A stretch of 64,000 nucleotides of DNA, taken from NCBI RefSeq assembly GCF_006345805.1, contig NC_043006.1, forward strand, positions 10,354,001 through 10,418,000. The letters run 5' to 3'. The notes under the pieces were generated by a model, which worked only from the letters and a program-made list of their open reading frames with translations, had not been told where the DNA came from and searched no databases. The stretch comes from Octopus sinensis. Taxonomy: Eukaryota. Each line of letters starts with the position of its first letter. Within the stretch, counting starts at the first letter, position 1. This document shows, piece by piece, positions 25,961-38,675 of this stretch. The position numbers and the translations under genes were made by a program.

Positions 25961-26027
25961 TATATGTATATATATATATATGTACACCTCTTCAAACACT
26001 CTATATTTATATTATATATTTGTGTGA

Positions 26028-27243
26028 GTAGGGACAACGGAAAAGTGGACCTCGTTTCAAAAATATGATCACATGATCACACTTGAACATACGCCTACGG
26101 TTGTAGATCATAAAAGATTCTTTCTTAAGACTTTATTAATTGAAAAATATGGTATTAATTTGGGAAAGAGATGAAAGTGGTTAGCTAAAAGTAAGAAAAA
26201 ATTAATCGTGCTGAGGAAATATGTTACAAGTGTATATCAGTAATTATTATTATGCATCTCGATGTAGTGTCGTTGCTCCTGCTTTGATAAGTTACTTTAT
26301 AATGGTTTTTACACAGTGATATGTAGAATTTAATAAACCTGTATGTAGATAGGAGAACGTAAAAATAAAATAATACATAAAAATATTAATGTATATAAAT
26401 ACTTCGGTTTGGGATTTGGTTTGCAAGATTCTTTATATGATTTCGTGTGTTGAAGCATATTCAGTTGTGTCTGAGGAGAGTCATTTCCTATTTGTGTCTT
26501 ATAATATATAACACACTCACCGGTAAAACTTCCACTTTTTTCTTACTTTTATTTTCCAAAAATTTTAGTCAAGACTATTGAAAAGGTTGGAAGACGCAAA
26601 GAAAGTTTTAGAAAAATAAAAATAAGAAAAAAGTGGAAATTTTACCGGTGAGTTTGTTAAATTATAAGGCACAAAAAGAAAATGGCTCTCCCCAGACGCA
26701 ACAGTATATAAATACTAATATCTATTAATATTAATGATGACAATATAAACGATTATGAAATACTAATTGTGGTTTTACACTATTATGTGTTTGTGATTGG
26801 TGGGAAGATCCCCTTTCAGTTCTTCCCGCATTTTTCATTAAATTCTAAACTTTTCAAATTATTAGTTTATTTTTTTCTTTTCATTCATCTTCTATCCTAT
26901 GCGAATTAATATCAAATTTCTTACGTGATCAAATATTTGTTGTATTACATTCCTCTCTGGACTTCTCGTGTTTATATTGCAATCAGCTCTTGTTCTTTTT
27001 CCGTCCCGGATGTTTTAAAACGATTATTTCTACATTGCCCTGACAGATTTATATAACATCTTTTACATAGGTTCAAGATAGTTCTAAATTACGCTGTATT
27101 GTTGATTTGATATAAAAGATTTGTTGTACTAAATCATTGTGTCCTATTTCATTGCAGAATCGACAACCATCCTACAGAATTTGGTGATCCTTTTCGTTTT
27201 CACATCGCTTCGGAAAAAAGTGGAAATTTTGGCTGCCGTTCAA
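26028..27243 (+). mobile_element. Non-coding interspersed element (probable non-autonomous DNA transposon), copy 1, carrying a 300-bp nested insertion
   Basis: Colinear with 32908-33790 along its whole length (TGATCACATGATCACA...CCTTTTCGTTTTCACATC.CTTCGGAAAAAGTGG). No ORF; termini degenerate. Confidence 0.7.
26404..26703. mobile_element. 300-bp fold-back insertion (PLE-derived-like) with 13-bp TSD
   Basis: Flanked by GTATATAAATACT at 26391-26403 and 26704-26716. Internal inverted arms 26464-26566 and 26602-26702. Absent from the paralog near 33275. Confidence 0.85.
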
Positions 27244-27888
27244 TATGAGGAAGAGAAATAAGGAGTTTGAGTAAGCTGCTGCATTTGTACCACTTACATA
27301 CTCGACATTGAAACTGTCTTGAGGGATATTTTTCACCCTCTTCTAATCACTATTTCACCAACAAACGCTACAAACACTACATAAGTGACAAGCAATAGAA
27401 ACATCAGCAAACAGAACAACACAGAAATCTTAATATTCTTCTAGAAGCACCGACGTCTGTAATGACAAAGACAACGAGAGTAAAAGAGGATATCAAACTA
27501 CAACGTGTATACATCAACTTTCTAAATCCTAAATGTGCGGGAATTAAAATGGGAAATAAAATCTGTTTAGTTTTGCCTTCTAACTTCATTAAATTTTAGA
27601 AACAAATGGAACACTGCAGAATATGTTTTTGCCTTTACCCGAGGTATGTCACAGAAAATATGGAAGTTGCTATTTTTTTAAGTAGTTATTGATATGTATT
27701 AAACTGATGTGCTAATCAATCATTAATTTTTTTTTGTTTTAATATATATTTTACTATGCTTTGAAGTATACAGTTCATTACTTGATATATCACAATCATC
27801 CATTCAGAAATACACAAAACTTATGACTGTTAAACAAGTACTTTTACTAAATACTCAATACGACAGCGAGAAAACGAAGAAGTATTTA

Positions 27889-29066
27889 CGGGGGAAGGCT
27901 GAAAATTTCATAAGATGACTATGATGGACGGATGCTACAGCTGTGAAGTTTTGCATTCATTAATTTCAACCTCATATATTAATAACTGTATTGCTTCGTT
28001 CCAGGTAAAGTGACATGTGACTGTTCAATAAAGACTTCAAATGTAACAAGAGCGACTTTCCTTCAAAATATACAAAATTTGACATTGTGCTGTTATTAAA
28101 TGCCTGGAGTAAAAGGGTTCAGCTCACACGGTTGCTATATTAGGGCATAACGTTCCAGTTTTATCATCAGTGCTCAAGTAAGCAGCTAAATTTAGGAGGG
28201 AAAGGTCCTGCAACTGCCACCATCCATGAAAACATTAATCGTGTTCACTACATGGTGATGGGCTACAAGCGATTGACTATAAATGAAATAGCCGATGCTA
28301 TTAGCATATCTCTTGAGAGATTTAAGAATAATCTGCGTGATAAAATTGGGATGAAGAAGGCTTCTGCTCAGTGGGAGCTGCATCGCCTGAATCCTTAACA
28401 AAAGAGCACCAGCCTGAAAACAAAAGGGGAAATATGACATTGAGGCAGATACAGCTGCATTTCCCGAAAGTTTCCTAAGCCAGCAAGAGTGTTTTTATCA
28501 CTGAACTAGATAAAAAGAAATAATCCATGTAGTGGGAACATCCCTCTTCTAAACAACATCCTTTTCTAAAGAAGGTCAAGGTCGTTTCAGCTGAAGGGTA
28601 AGTGATTTTGTTTATTCACTCTCTTCAAAAGAATCACATCATCAATCGAGAGTATTATACCAACTTTCTGAGGCAATTGCGAAAGTCTATCAAGGACAAC
28701 TGTCCAGGAAAACTAACAAAAATGCACTTGTTTCTTCAGGGCAATACTCCAGCACACAAGTCCTTAGTTGCAACGGGTGTTACACGTGGCTGTAGATTTG
28801 AACCCAGTTAATCACCCCCCCCCCCTATTTTTCTAATTACGTTCCCTCTCACGGTCATTTTCTCTCTAACAGCTGGTAAAAAGTATCGCAGCGATAATGT
28901 TGCTGACTTTTTGGACCAACAGGAAGAAAGCTTCTTCACCAATGCGAACCAAGTACTGCAATACCAAAGGAAGAAATCAGAGTCATTGTGTTGAAAAATA
29001 AATCTCATTTCGTCACATTCCATGATATAATCATGATCAGCCTATGAAATTTTCAGCCGATATTTG
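27889..29066 (+). mobile_element. Heavily degraded mariner transposon
   Basis: TA-flanked; both TIRs share GGCTGAAAATTTCATA. Relics include AVIKCL, ADAISIS, LGMKK.SAQW, INREYY..FLRQLRK.IK...PGKL and FLQGNTPAH (HDNAPAH-like). Confidence 0.8.
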
Positions 29067-29458
29067 TACATTGTTGCTTCAGCTGCAATCAATAGAAACC
29101 AAATTACCATCATATGCTTTTAGAAAGGAAATGAGTCACTGGAGAATGCTGTCTACTGTCTGCAAAAAATTAAATCAGAAGGCCGCAGATGGAAGATGTC
29201 TTAAATCATGCTTCTTTTGCCAAAGATCTATTGAATAATACAACTGTTCAAATCTAGCAATTTAATAGCTTGTGAATTTTTTATTGTACATTACAGGGAA
29301 ATATAACGTTAATTTACGTGAGAAAAATTAGAGGTACAATATATTCTTGGTAACATCAACAATACCACTTGGGTGTTAAATGTTCTGTGTTCGGTTTTGT
29401 TGTTTAGGAACCGGCTGCAGTAAGCGTTGAACCATAGATCTATATGTATTTGTATATA

Positions 29459-30737
29459 TTGGGTTGTCCGGAAATTTCGTGCCGATTTATAGTAGCTTAC
29501 ATTTCGACTTTGTTTTAACATGGTTGAGTCCATAAAATGGGATTTGACTACACCTCCATTTATAGTATATTTTAAGCTATCTTTTCGTGGAAGAAGGCTT
29601 ATGTTCCTATAACCTGAGTTAATTATGTAACCCTTTAAAATGGAAGATAAGAAAGTTCATTTTCGGCACTTGATGATTTTCTTTTTCCGTACAGGAAAAA
29701 ATGCCTCACAAGCAACCAAAGAATTATGCGCAGTTTATGGTGATGTTTCTTTATCCGAAAGAACTGTACGGAAGTGGTTCGGAAGGTTCCAAGCTGGAGA
29801 TTGTAGCCTTATCGATAAAGAGTGATCAGGTAGACCATCCACTACAGATGATGACCAAATCAAGTCATTAATTGAGAATAACCCACATTTTACAACGCTA
29901 GAATTGGCAGAAAGCCTCAATCTATCAAAATCCGTCGTTCATCAGCAACTGGTAAAGCTTGGGTACACAAATCGCTACGATGTTTGGGTACCACAAAAGT
30001 TGAGTGAGAAGAACTTTTTGTATCGTATTTCCATCTGGGATTCGCTTTATAAACGGAATTAAAACGCGCCTTTTTTAAAGCAAATTGTGACAGGTGATGA
30101 GAAATGGATTATTTACCGAAATGTTTAGAGAAAGTGATCCTGGAGTAAGCGACATGAGCCGCCGTAGCCACACCCAAAGCGGGTCTTCACCCTAAAAAAT
30201 TCTTGCTTTGCGTCTGGTGGGATTGGAAAGGAATTCTGTACTATGAGCTTCCCCCCAAGTAACCAGAAAATTAATTCTGAGAATTATTGCATACAACTGG
30301 ACGAGTTAAAGCAGCAATTCAAGAGAAACATCCAGTATCGGCCAGCAGGCAGGTCGTTGTTTTCGAACATGATAATGCAAGACCGCAAGTTTCTTTGGGA
30401 ACCAGGCAAAAATTGCTGCAGCTCGGCTGGCATGTATTACCCACCCTTCATATTCACCAGATATTGATCCTTCGGATTTCCACTTATTCAGTCTTTGCAG
30501 AATAGTCTTAATGGTAAAAATATCAATTCCTTGGATGACGCAAAAAGATACCTTGCTGAATCCTTTGCCATGAAACCACCTCAATTCTGGGAAGAGGGTA
30601 TTTTCAAGATAAAGGGAAGATGGAGATGCATTGTGCAATAAAATGTTTCATATTTGGTTGATAAAAAATGTAATAGCAAATATTTATTGACCGTTTCATT
30701 TCCTTTGAAAATCAGCACGAACTTTCCGGGCAATATA
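29459..30737 (+). mobile_element. Full-length mariner transposon with inactivated transposase (~29640-30665)
   Basis: TIRs TTGGGTTGTCCGGAAATTTCGTGCCGATTT and AAATCAGCACGAACTTTCCGGGCAAT, TA flanks. Motifs AVYG..SERTVRKWF.RF, SGRP, WVP.KL, IVTGDEKWI, CVWWD, HDNARP and YSPDIDPSDFHLF, with several stops and frameshifts. Confidence 0.95.
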
Positions 30738-30754
30738 TATATATACATATATAA

Positions 30755-30833
<79 letters not shown>

Positions 30834-31026
30834 CATAGATATATATATAAAATTTTAAGCATATAATTAGAAAATATATAATTATAATTAAGGACTCTGT
30901 AATAGCAGCGCCTACACTCTAGAAGTAGATGTCAAATACCTACAATCCACAGTGAATTTGTTTTCTATTTACATCCCAAGATCGAATGGGAGGTAATGAG
31001 CGAGAAGATTTACAAATTTTTCGGAT

Positions 31027-31088
31027 AACCTTATATATTTCCGTGCTCTGTAATGTAATAAAGATTACTTTACCCTCCTCAGTAGAGA
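31027..31088 (-). ncRNA. Hammerhead ribozyme motif, partly degenerate
   Basis: Minus strand reads TCTA-CTGAGGA-GGG...CAC-G-GAAA-TATA-TA. The core is intact; stems I and II are eroded. Confidence 0.45.
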
Positions 31089-31164
31089 TATACCAACAAT
31101 ATATAAGCGAAATATACATATACATACCGATAAATTTTTGCCTACGGATACCAACTCTCTCTAT

Positions 31165-31397
31165 TACTCTTTTACTTATTTCAGTCATTCGACTATGGCC
31201 ATGCAGGAGCACCGCCTTTAGTCGAGCAAATTGACCCCAGGACTTATTCTTTGTAAGTCTGGTACTTATTCTATCGGCCTCTTTTGCCGAACCGCTATGT
31301 TACGGGGACTTAAACACACCAGCATCGGCTGTCAAGCGATGTTGGGGGGACAAACACAGACACACAATCATACACACACACACACACACATACACAC

Positions 31398-31429
<32 letters not shown>

Positions 31430-31598
31430 CCATACGACGGGCATCTTTCAGTTTCCGTCTATCAAATCCAATCACAAGGCTTTGGTCGACCCGCGGCTAT
31501 AGTAGAAGACACTTGCCCAAGGTGCCAGGCAGTGGGACTGAACCCGGAACCATTTGGTTGGTGAGCAAGCTACTTTCCATGCAGCCACTCCTACGCCT
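31165..31598 (-). mobile_element. SINE family B, full length, nested in the HHR unit
   Basis: Minus-strand head AGGCGTAGGAGTGGCTGCATGG...GGTTCAGTCCC...GGCACCTTGGGCAAGTGTCTTC. Confidence 0.88.
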
Positions 31599-31876
31599 AT
31601 ATATATACATGCATTTCCCCGGCTATACGTTATATCTAATCACCCATTTCGGCTGTGTGGCTAACATCAGAAATCATACATAGTAAATATAGTACCGCAG
31701 CATAATATAATGACAAGAGCATACTCAAAAATTATTTATACTTTTGAATTGAGGATATAATCATTAAAATAATTATATCAGTGGGAAATGCATGTATATA
31801 TTGTCATCTGTACGCAAAAATTTTATCGGCATGTATTTGGATTTTTTTACGTGTCGTTGTGCGTAGCAGCTTGATA

Positions 31877-32243
31877 TCTTTATATATAAATGTGAGATTG
31901 TGTGCTCTCTGTCTCCTACGATTTTGGTCCCTAACTACTCCCACATTTTGCGGTGCAGTTTAACCAAAACAGGGTATCTTATAGTTGTGATTAATATCGA
32001 GCCCTTCTGGGTATTAGCGCGCGTCTACAATGAGGCTACGATTTTTAAAAAATTACCATCAATTTTTCCCATTTTTAATAACTCTCTAAAAATTTATTAT
32101 TAAATCTCAGAACGTAAAAAGCTACAGTAACACCCCCCTCTGTGGTTAGCCATATTGAGATGGCTATTATACTTTACATCTCAAAACATGCTTATATAGT
32201 TATTTCCCTTACAAACCCGAGCAACGCCGGGCAATACTGCTAG
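31877..32243 (+). mobile_element. Non-autonomous Helitron
   Basis: 5' TCTTTATATATAAA, 3' CCCGAGCAACGCCGGG...CTAG, A|T target. Near-identical to 48158-48553. Confidence 0.85.
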
Positions 32244-32767
32244 TTGTCTATATATCTATACTGAAGTGTGTAAAGTAATCTTTAGAACAGAGTAATAAGT
32301 TTTAAGATATAGAATTATCCGAAATTTTGCAAAACGTCTTGCTCATTACCTCGCATTCGACGTTGCGTTATAAATAGAGAAAAAATTTGGAGTGGATTGT
32401 ATTTATTTGACGTCTCCTTCTAGCGAATAGTCGCTGCCATTCCAGTACACTTAATTATAATTATATTTTCATAATTATATGGCTTAAAATTAATTTTACC
32501 GATATAGTCGTTTTTATATGCTAGCCACTGATATAATCATTTTAATTAATATATCCTCAATTTCCAAGTATAAATAATTTTGTTCTCTAGTAATTATCTT
32601 ATGCTGCAGTACTATATTTACCACGTATGATTTGTGACATTAGCCACACCATCGAGATAAGCGATTAACTGTAATGTATAGGCGATGAATGCATGTATAT
32701 ATTGGTATCTGTACGCAAAAATACATCGGTGTGTATATACATTTTTCGCTTATATACTGTTGGTATA

Positions 32768-32807
32768 TCTACTGAGGAGTGTAGAGTAATCTTTACTACA
32801 GAGCACG

Positions 32808-32810
<3 letters not shown>
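32768..32810 (+). ncRNA. Hammerhead ribozyme 5' part, split at stem III by a microsatellite and an insertion
   Basis: TCTA-CTGAGGA-GTG...CAC-GAAA followed by (TC)n(TA)n. The stem I partner TAGA and the downstream unit resume at 33789. Confidence 0.55.
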
Positions 32811-32861
<51 letters not shown>

Positions 32862-32876
32862 TATATATATATATAT

Positions 32877-32907
<31 letters not shown>

Positions 32908-32909
<2 letters not shown>

Positions 32910-33790
32910 AGGCGGTGGGTAACGTGGATCCCATTTCAAAAACACGATCACATGATCACAGTTGAACATACACCTAAGGTTGTAGATCATAAAAGATTAT
33001 TTCTTAAAACTTTATTGAATGAAAGATATGGTATTAATTTGGGAAAGAGATGAAAGTGGGTAGCTAAAAGTAAGAAAAAAATTAATTGTGCTGACGAAAT
33101 ATGTTGCAGGTGTATATCAGTATGTATTATTATGCATCTCGATGTAGTGTCGTTGTTCTTGCTTTGATAAAGTTACTTTATAATGTCGTTTACACGGTGA
33201 TATGTAGAATTTAATAAACCTGTATGTAGATAGGAGAACGTAAAAATAAAATAATACATAATATAAATGTTAATTTATATCAATACTAATAACTATTAAT
33301 ATTAATGATGACAATATAAACGATAATGAAATAGCAGCTGTGTTTTTCACTATTATGCGTTTGTGATTGATGGAAAGATCCCCTTCTTGTTCTTGCTGCA
33401 TTTTTCATTATAATCTAACCTTTTCAAATTACTGCTTTATTTTTTAATTCATCTTCTATTTTATGCGAATGAATATCAATTTGTTTACGTGATCAAACAT
33501 TTCTCTCTGTTCTTCTCTTGTTTATGTTGCATTAGCTTTTATTCTTTTACCATCCCGGATGTTATAAAACGGTTATATCTACAATGTTCTGATAGATTTA
33601 CAAAATCTTTTATAAAGGTTCAAGATAGTTTGAAAGTAAGTTTTATTGTTAATTTGATATGAAAAATCTGTTATACTAAATAATTGTGTCCCGTTTTTAA
33701 TTTTTTTTTTTTTTCAGAACTTACAACCATCATACAACATTTAATGGACCTTTTCGTTTTCACATCTCTTCGGAAAAAGTGGATATTTTA
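32908..33790 (+). mobile_element. Non-coding interspersed element, copy 2 (empty-site paralog of 26028-27243)
   Basis: Colinear with copy 1 and lacks the 26404-26703 insert. Confidence 0.7.
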
Positions 33791-35999
33791 GATCATCCGA
33801 AATTTTGTAAATCTTCTACTCATTATCTCGCATTCGACCTTGGGTTATAAATAGAGAACAAATTTATAGTAGATTGTAGATATTTGACAGAAATGCCGGC
33901 GCTTATTCGCTAGAAAGCGTATAAGTGCCGGCATTCCAGCACACTTAATTATAATTATAATTTTATAATTATATACTTGAAAATTAATTTTACCAATATG
34001 GTCGTTTTTCTATACGCTAGCCACTGATATAATCATTGTAATAATTATATCCTCAAATTATAAGTGTGTGTGCGCGCCGGCGTGTATGTGTGTAGGTGTA
34101 TAAATTTATACAAGCAAACTTATACACACACATGCAGAAACACATGCATATATTTATATTATATAGGTTGCGCTGAAATCCACTTTGGGTCCTTTTGAAG
34201 CGCATCTGCTTATTCCAGTACCCAAGCGTGTGTGTTAATATTACATTAGTGTGAGGTATTCATGAAAGTTGAATATACAGTAGAGAAATTATACATCAAA
34301 ATAGAAGATTGGAAGAAAGCATTCGGCATTGTTTATTCACCATTACACATGTTTAATTTGCTCATAGGTGTTGCCAAATCACAGATGCAGCGTTAAATAT
34401 CTCTTCCTATTCGAAATCCTTTATTTCGAGGGTTTTCTTCTCAACTTGGGTTTACCAACATTGTTTTTATCTACATCAGCAAAGAGGTTAGGTTTATGCA
34501 GCCAGCAAGTCTGATGAGTCACCTAAATTGTTAAGGGCACCACACTACTACATTGAAACCAATCTTATATTTCTGACACCGCCCAAAACCATCGACTACA
34601 AAGAAATACGCCCGAATGACAAACTACCTCAACACTCAAGTATAAGAACACCAGGCCCAGATCAAAGACGAAATAATGCAAAGAATTTGAACACACAACA
34701 ATTTTCCCAAATGAAACATCCAAGGGAAACGAACATCTAAAAGATGCCGCCCAACAGTAACATCCCTTGATTCATTGATTCATTGTTTTAAACAGTGTGA
34801 ATTTGCGAGAATCTCCGCCAAGTAAATGAGGTTGTGTTTTCCAATACGGAGGCAAACAACTTTCTCCATGTGACTGGAATTAAATATTATTAAGACATAA
34901 CCGTAGTTTCCTATTCTTCTTCAGAAGAAACCAATGGTAGCTTTAATTCACAAATAAAGAAATTATAACCACCAATGCGGTGTTGAGCACTCATTTTCAT
35001 CATTCGATATTTACTTTTTTACGATGTACTTACATAGCAAGTGATTTGATCTGAGATCGTGTGCTGAAACGAAAACAATTGCAGCGTGGAAGGTGTTTGT
35101 AAGCCATTTAAGAAACACACAAAAGCCTTTCGATTCACTTCAACATTTAAGTTTAACACACACACACACACATATATATGTATATAGGCGAATTCAAAAG
35201 TACTAAAAAGTAGTAAAACGAAACTAACCAAATACTTTACATACATATTTTCATTTAGTTTTATGTTGTGTACTTAATACTTACTGTGCCTCTAAACTAT
35301 TGTGGCAGTATAATACAAACTGTACAATATATGTTTTTTTTTTTCCCTGTATTCAAAATTAGATAACATGTTCTTCGTGTTTCAATATTGATTCATTGAT
35401 TAGAAACAGCATCAATTGTTTCAAAGATCATAATCGATTGATGCCACCCACGCATTTTTCTTATACTTATTTTATCGACGATTTAAATCACTATCAAGTC
35501 GTGATTCGATCTTTTAACAAGCAGGAAAGATATTAGACATTACATTAGATATTAGATATTAGTTATCTGCGTCCTCAGCATTTCGAACACTGAGGCCACC
35601 ATTTCCTTTGGAATGTACCGTACATGCTTCAATTGGAAATTTTTTCCAATTACATGCCTGATACTTCAGCGAGCGCATTCCATTTAATTTTCTTAATAAG
35701 ATCCAGTTCGGAAGAACGATCCCATTACTGTCTGAGAGTGACCTAAAGTAAACATGGGAACAACGTCGGCTTCAAATGATGGCTGCGGCCAATTCACTTC
35801 ATATTTTACTAATGTATCCGGATATAACATGGATCACGCATCACCTTGCACAAGATTCACGTGTGCGACTGAGCGTAAGGGATGCATTTATTGAAGGGTT
35901 CCATTACTTCTACGTAAATTTCATGAAATGTCTCAATGTCCACTCCGTTCAGCTAAACTAGCAATTCAGTTGCTTTGTTTCGAAATATGGATGCGTGTT

Positions 36000-36107
36000 T
36001 GTGTGTGTTTGTGTGTGCGTGTGTGCATGTGTGTGAGTGTCTATACACACATACACTTACATATATATATATATGAATGGATGTATATATATGCATAAAT
36101 ATATATG

Positions 36108-36145
<38 letters not shown>

Positions 36146-36298
36146 GTGTGTGTGTGTGTGTGTGTGTATGTGTGTATATATGTATATGTATATATATATA
36201 TGTGTGTATAGAGAGAGAGAGAGAGAGACGCGTATGTGTATATATAAAGCAACAAACATAAATATTCATATGTACATGCATATATGTATAATATACAC

Positions 36299-36380
<82 letters not shown>

Positions 36381-36887
36381 GTATGTATTAATGTATTAAT
36401 GTATGGACGTATGTATATATAAATATACGTGCCTATGTTTGTATGTATGTGGGTATGCAAAGATGCTTGTGCGGTTCATAAAGGATGGAATCATATGAAG
36501 AGATAAAATATGTTTGCTGTTAAACCTTATTGTGCACATTCCGCAGGATTTTAGATATCTCTATTTATGATAAGAAGCGTTAACGTGACTAAAAGGTATT
36601 ATGAATCAAGCACTGTGTACGTAAGCGAAAAATTATCTATTTCTTTCATTGTAATGTAATATATCATACCTCGAGTTACACGTACACAATATGATTATTA
36701 AATACTGAGAGCCGTGACTTGCATTTCATTTGCATTGCTTAAACCATACAATTGCTAAGAGAGAGAACGTCTACACATTTAACGTTATCATTTTATTAGG
36801 ATTTTCACTAATTTTGCTGTTTTCTGATCATCCCTTCTTATTTTCCTTGCTCATATACTGTTGCACACTATTATACTATACATTTAT

Positions 36888-36938
<51 letters not shown>

Positions 36939-37046
36939 CATACATATACATATATTTATATAAATATATATATATATATATATTGACATATGTATATATG
37001 AATATATATATGTACATAAATACATACATATATATATATATATACG

Positions 37047-37077
<31 letters not shown>

Positions 37078-37272
37078 ACATATATATATATACATATATA
37101 TATATGTATATATATGTATATACATGTATATGTATATATATATATATATATATATACATATACATACATATATATGTATATATATGTATATATATGTATA
37201 TGTGTATATATATATATATATATAAATATATACACATATATATATACATATATATATATACATATATATATA

Positions 37273-37343
<71 letters not shown>

Positions 37344-37372
37344 ATATATATTATATATATATATATATATAC
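36000..37372. repeat. Long (TA)n/(TG)n/(TATG)n/(CA)n microsatellite blocks (36000-36420, 36890-37372)
   Basis: Read directly from the sequence. Confidence 0.95.
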
Positions 37373-38455
37373 AAGCAAACATGCAGCAGCCTCCCATATA
37401 GAAATATTTTTATTTGCCAGTGACATCTGTTTAAATTTTTCTTATTTTCTCGGAGATCAATAGGATTTTTGTATCCCTACCAGAAAAAATAATATCGATT
37501 ATTCACCTGTTTAGCCCTATTACGACCTGAGAGAGGCATGCATATCACTGTTATCTCAACCAACCTTTTTCACACCAACATATGTGACCAATATTATCAG
37601 CCTCTTTTATTTTCCTCTTTATATCAAAACCCGCTTAAAAACAATATATATTCCATTGCTTTGTAAGTTATTTTCACATCGTCAAAAAGCTAGTGTTCTG
37701 CTTTGAGTACCATTATCTCTCAAGTGTTTGAGGAAGACATTTTATTTTACTCGGTAAAATGTGTAGAGGCTAGAGCACCCCTATATTCTAGTCCTCTGTA
37801 AATTATATTAATATAAACACACCTATACGAAGTAAATCAATATAACAACCAATAGCTGCTACTAAATTTGCATTTTTACTGATTCACAAATTGTGTCCAA
37901 CTAGATTTCCTCGATCACATTACTTAGTAGACTACACTGATGTTTGATTATTCACGGTACCCCAGATAGCAACACACTCAACAATAGCCGAGTAATTTAT
38001 TCGGCGAAACTCAAGTCAAACAACAAGAAAGTTTTAATCGATAATTCTACCTAGAACTATTAGACGTTTCCAAAATTGAATCTTTGATGCCAATCTATTA
38101 GTTAATGGTATATTCTCATGATACGTTAACAGAGACATCAAAAGACGTTTGTACGCATACGAGTCCACAAACAATACCGCATTATCTACATACCATTATC
38201 TCAGTTTTAAACCTTGCCCTACCTTCACCTTTTTACTGTCTTCTACCCAGAGCAATCCGAGGTTCAATTTCAGAAAGTGCTCAGATATTGACCAAAATGA
38301 TTCTATAGTAATGACGTGTGCAATTGAATATATTGTTCTGCTGCTTGCTGTCGTTGTACTGCTACTGTACTGGGACACCACTATGAATGAAGAGTTTCGA
38401 TCATCACACCAATCCGTTAATTTATTTAGATTTGTACTTATTTTATCCACTTTAA

Positions 38456-38675
38456 CCCTTTCATTACCAACCCGGCTGAAATCGGCCCTGGCTCTGAGTA
38501 CAAATGTCTTGTTTTCATAAGTTTTGAATTAAAATCTTCCATCAAACCTTAGTCACAATTTATGTTCCTAACACCAGCTGAATGATAACTAAGTTATTTT
38601 ACAAATTTTTTGGTTATATTTAAAGTAATTGAAGGAAACAAAGAGCATCTCAAAATAAATACAGTTACGAAAAGG
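38456..38675. mobile_element. piggyBac-like MITE
   Basis: TTAA|CCCTTTCATTAC ... GTTACGAAAAGG|TTAA: TTAA duplication with imperfect TIRs; 220 bp. Confidence 0.75.

Larger units (their letters stand above)
30845..34065. mobile_element. Composite of a ~535-bp HHR-bearing non-coding unit: one inverted copy (30845-31783, -) plus ~1.7 head-to-tail copies (31784-34065, +), with nested insertions
   Basis: Shared blocks AATGCATGTATATA, TCTGTACGCAAAAAT, ATCCGAAATTTTG, CTTAATTATAATTATA and CCACTGATATAAT recur on both strands. Interrupted by SINE B, a Helitron and the 32908 element. Confidence 0.8.

Noticed and set aside
26205-26245. CTGAGGA/CTGACGA conserved in both copies of the element (also ~33091)
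   Set aside because: There is no downstream GAAA or stem III, so the HHR geometry is absent.
34505-34565. Exact CTGATGA ... GAAA as a hammerhead
   Set aside because: Stems I, II and III could not be closed convincingly.
38105-38520. Overlapping non-microsatellite ORFs as a possible host exon (also 16537-16875, 39081-39362, 54529-54822)
   Set aside because: No recognisable domain or convincing splice context, and one ORF runs into a MITE. Small exons cannot be excluded without RNA-seq.
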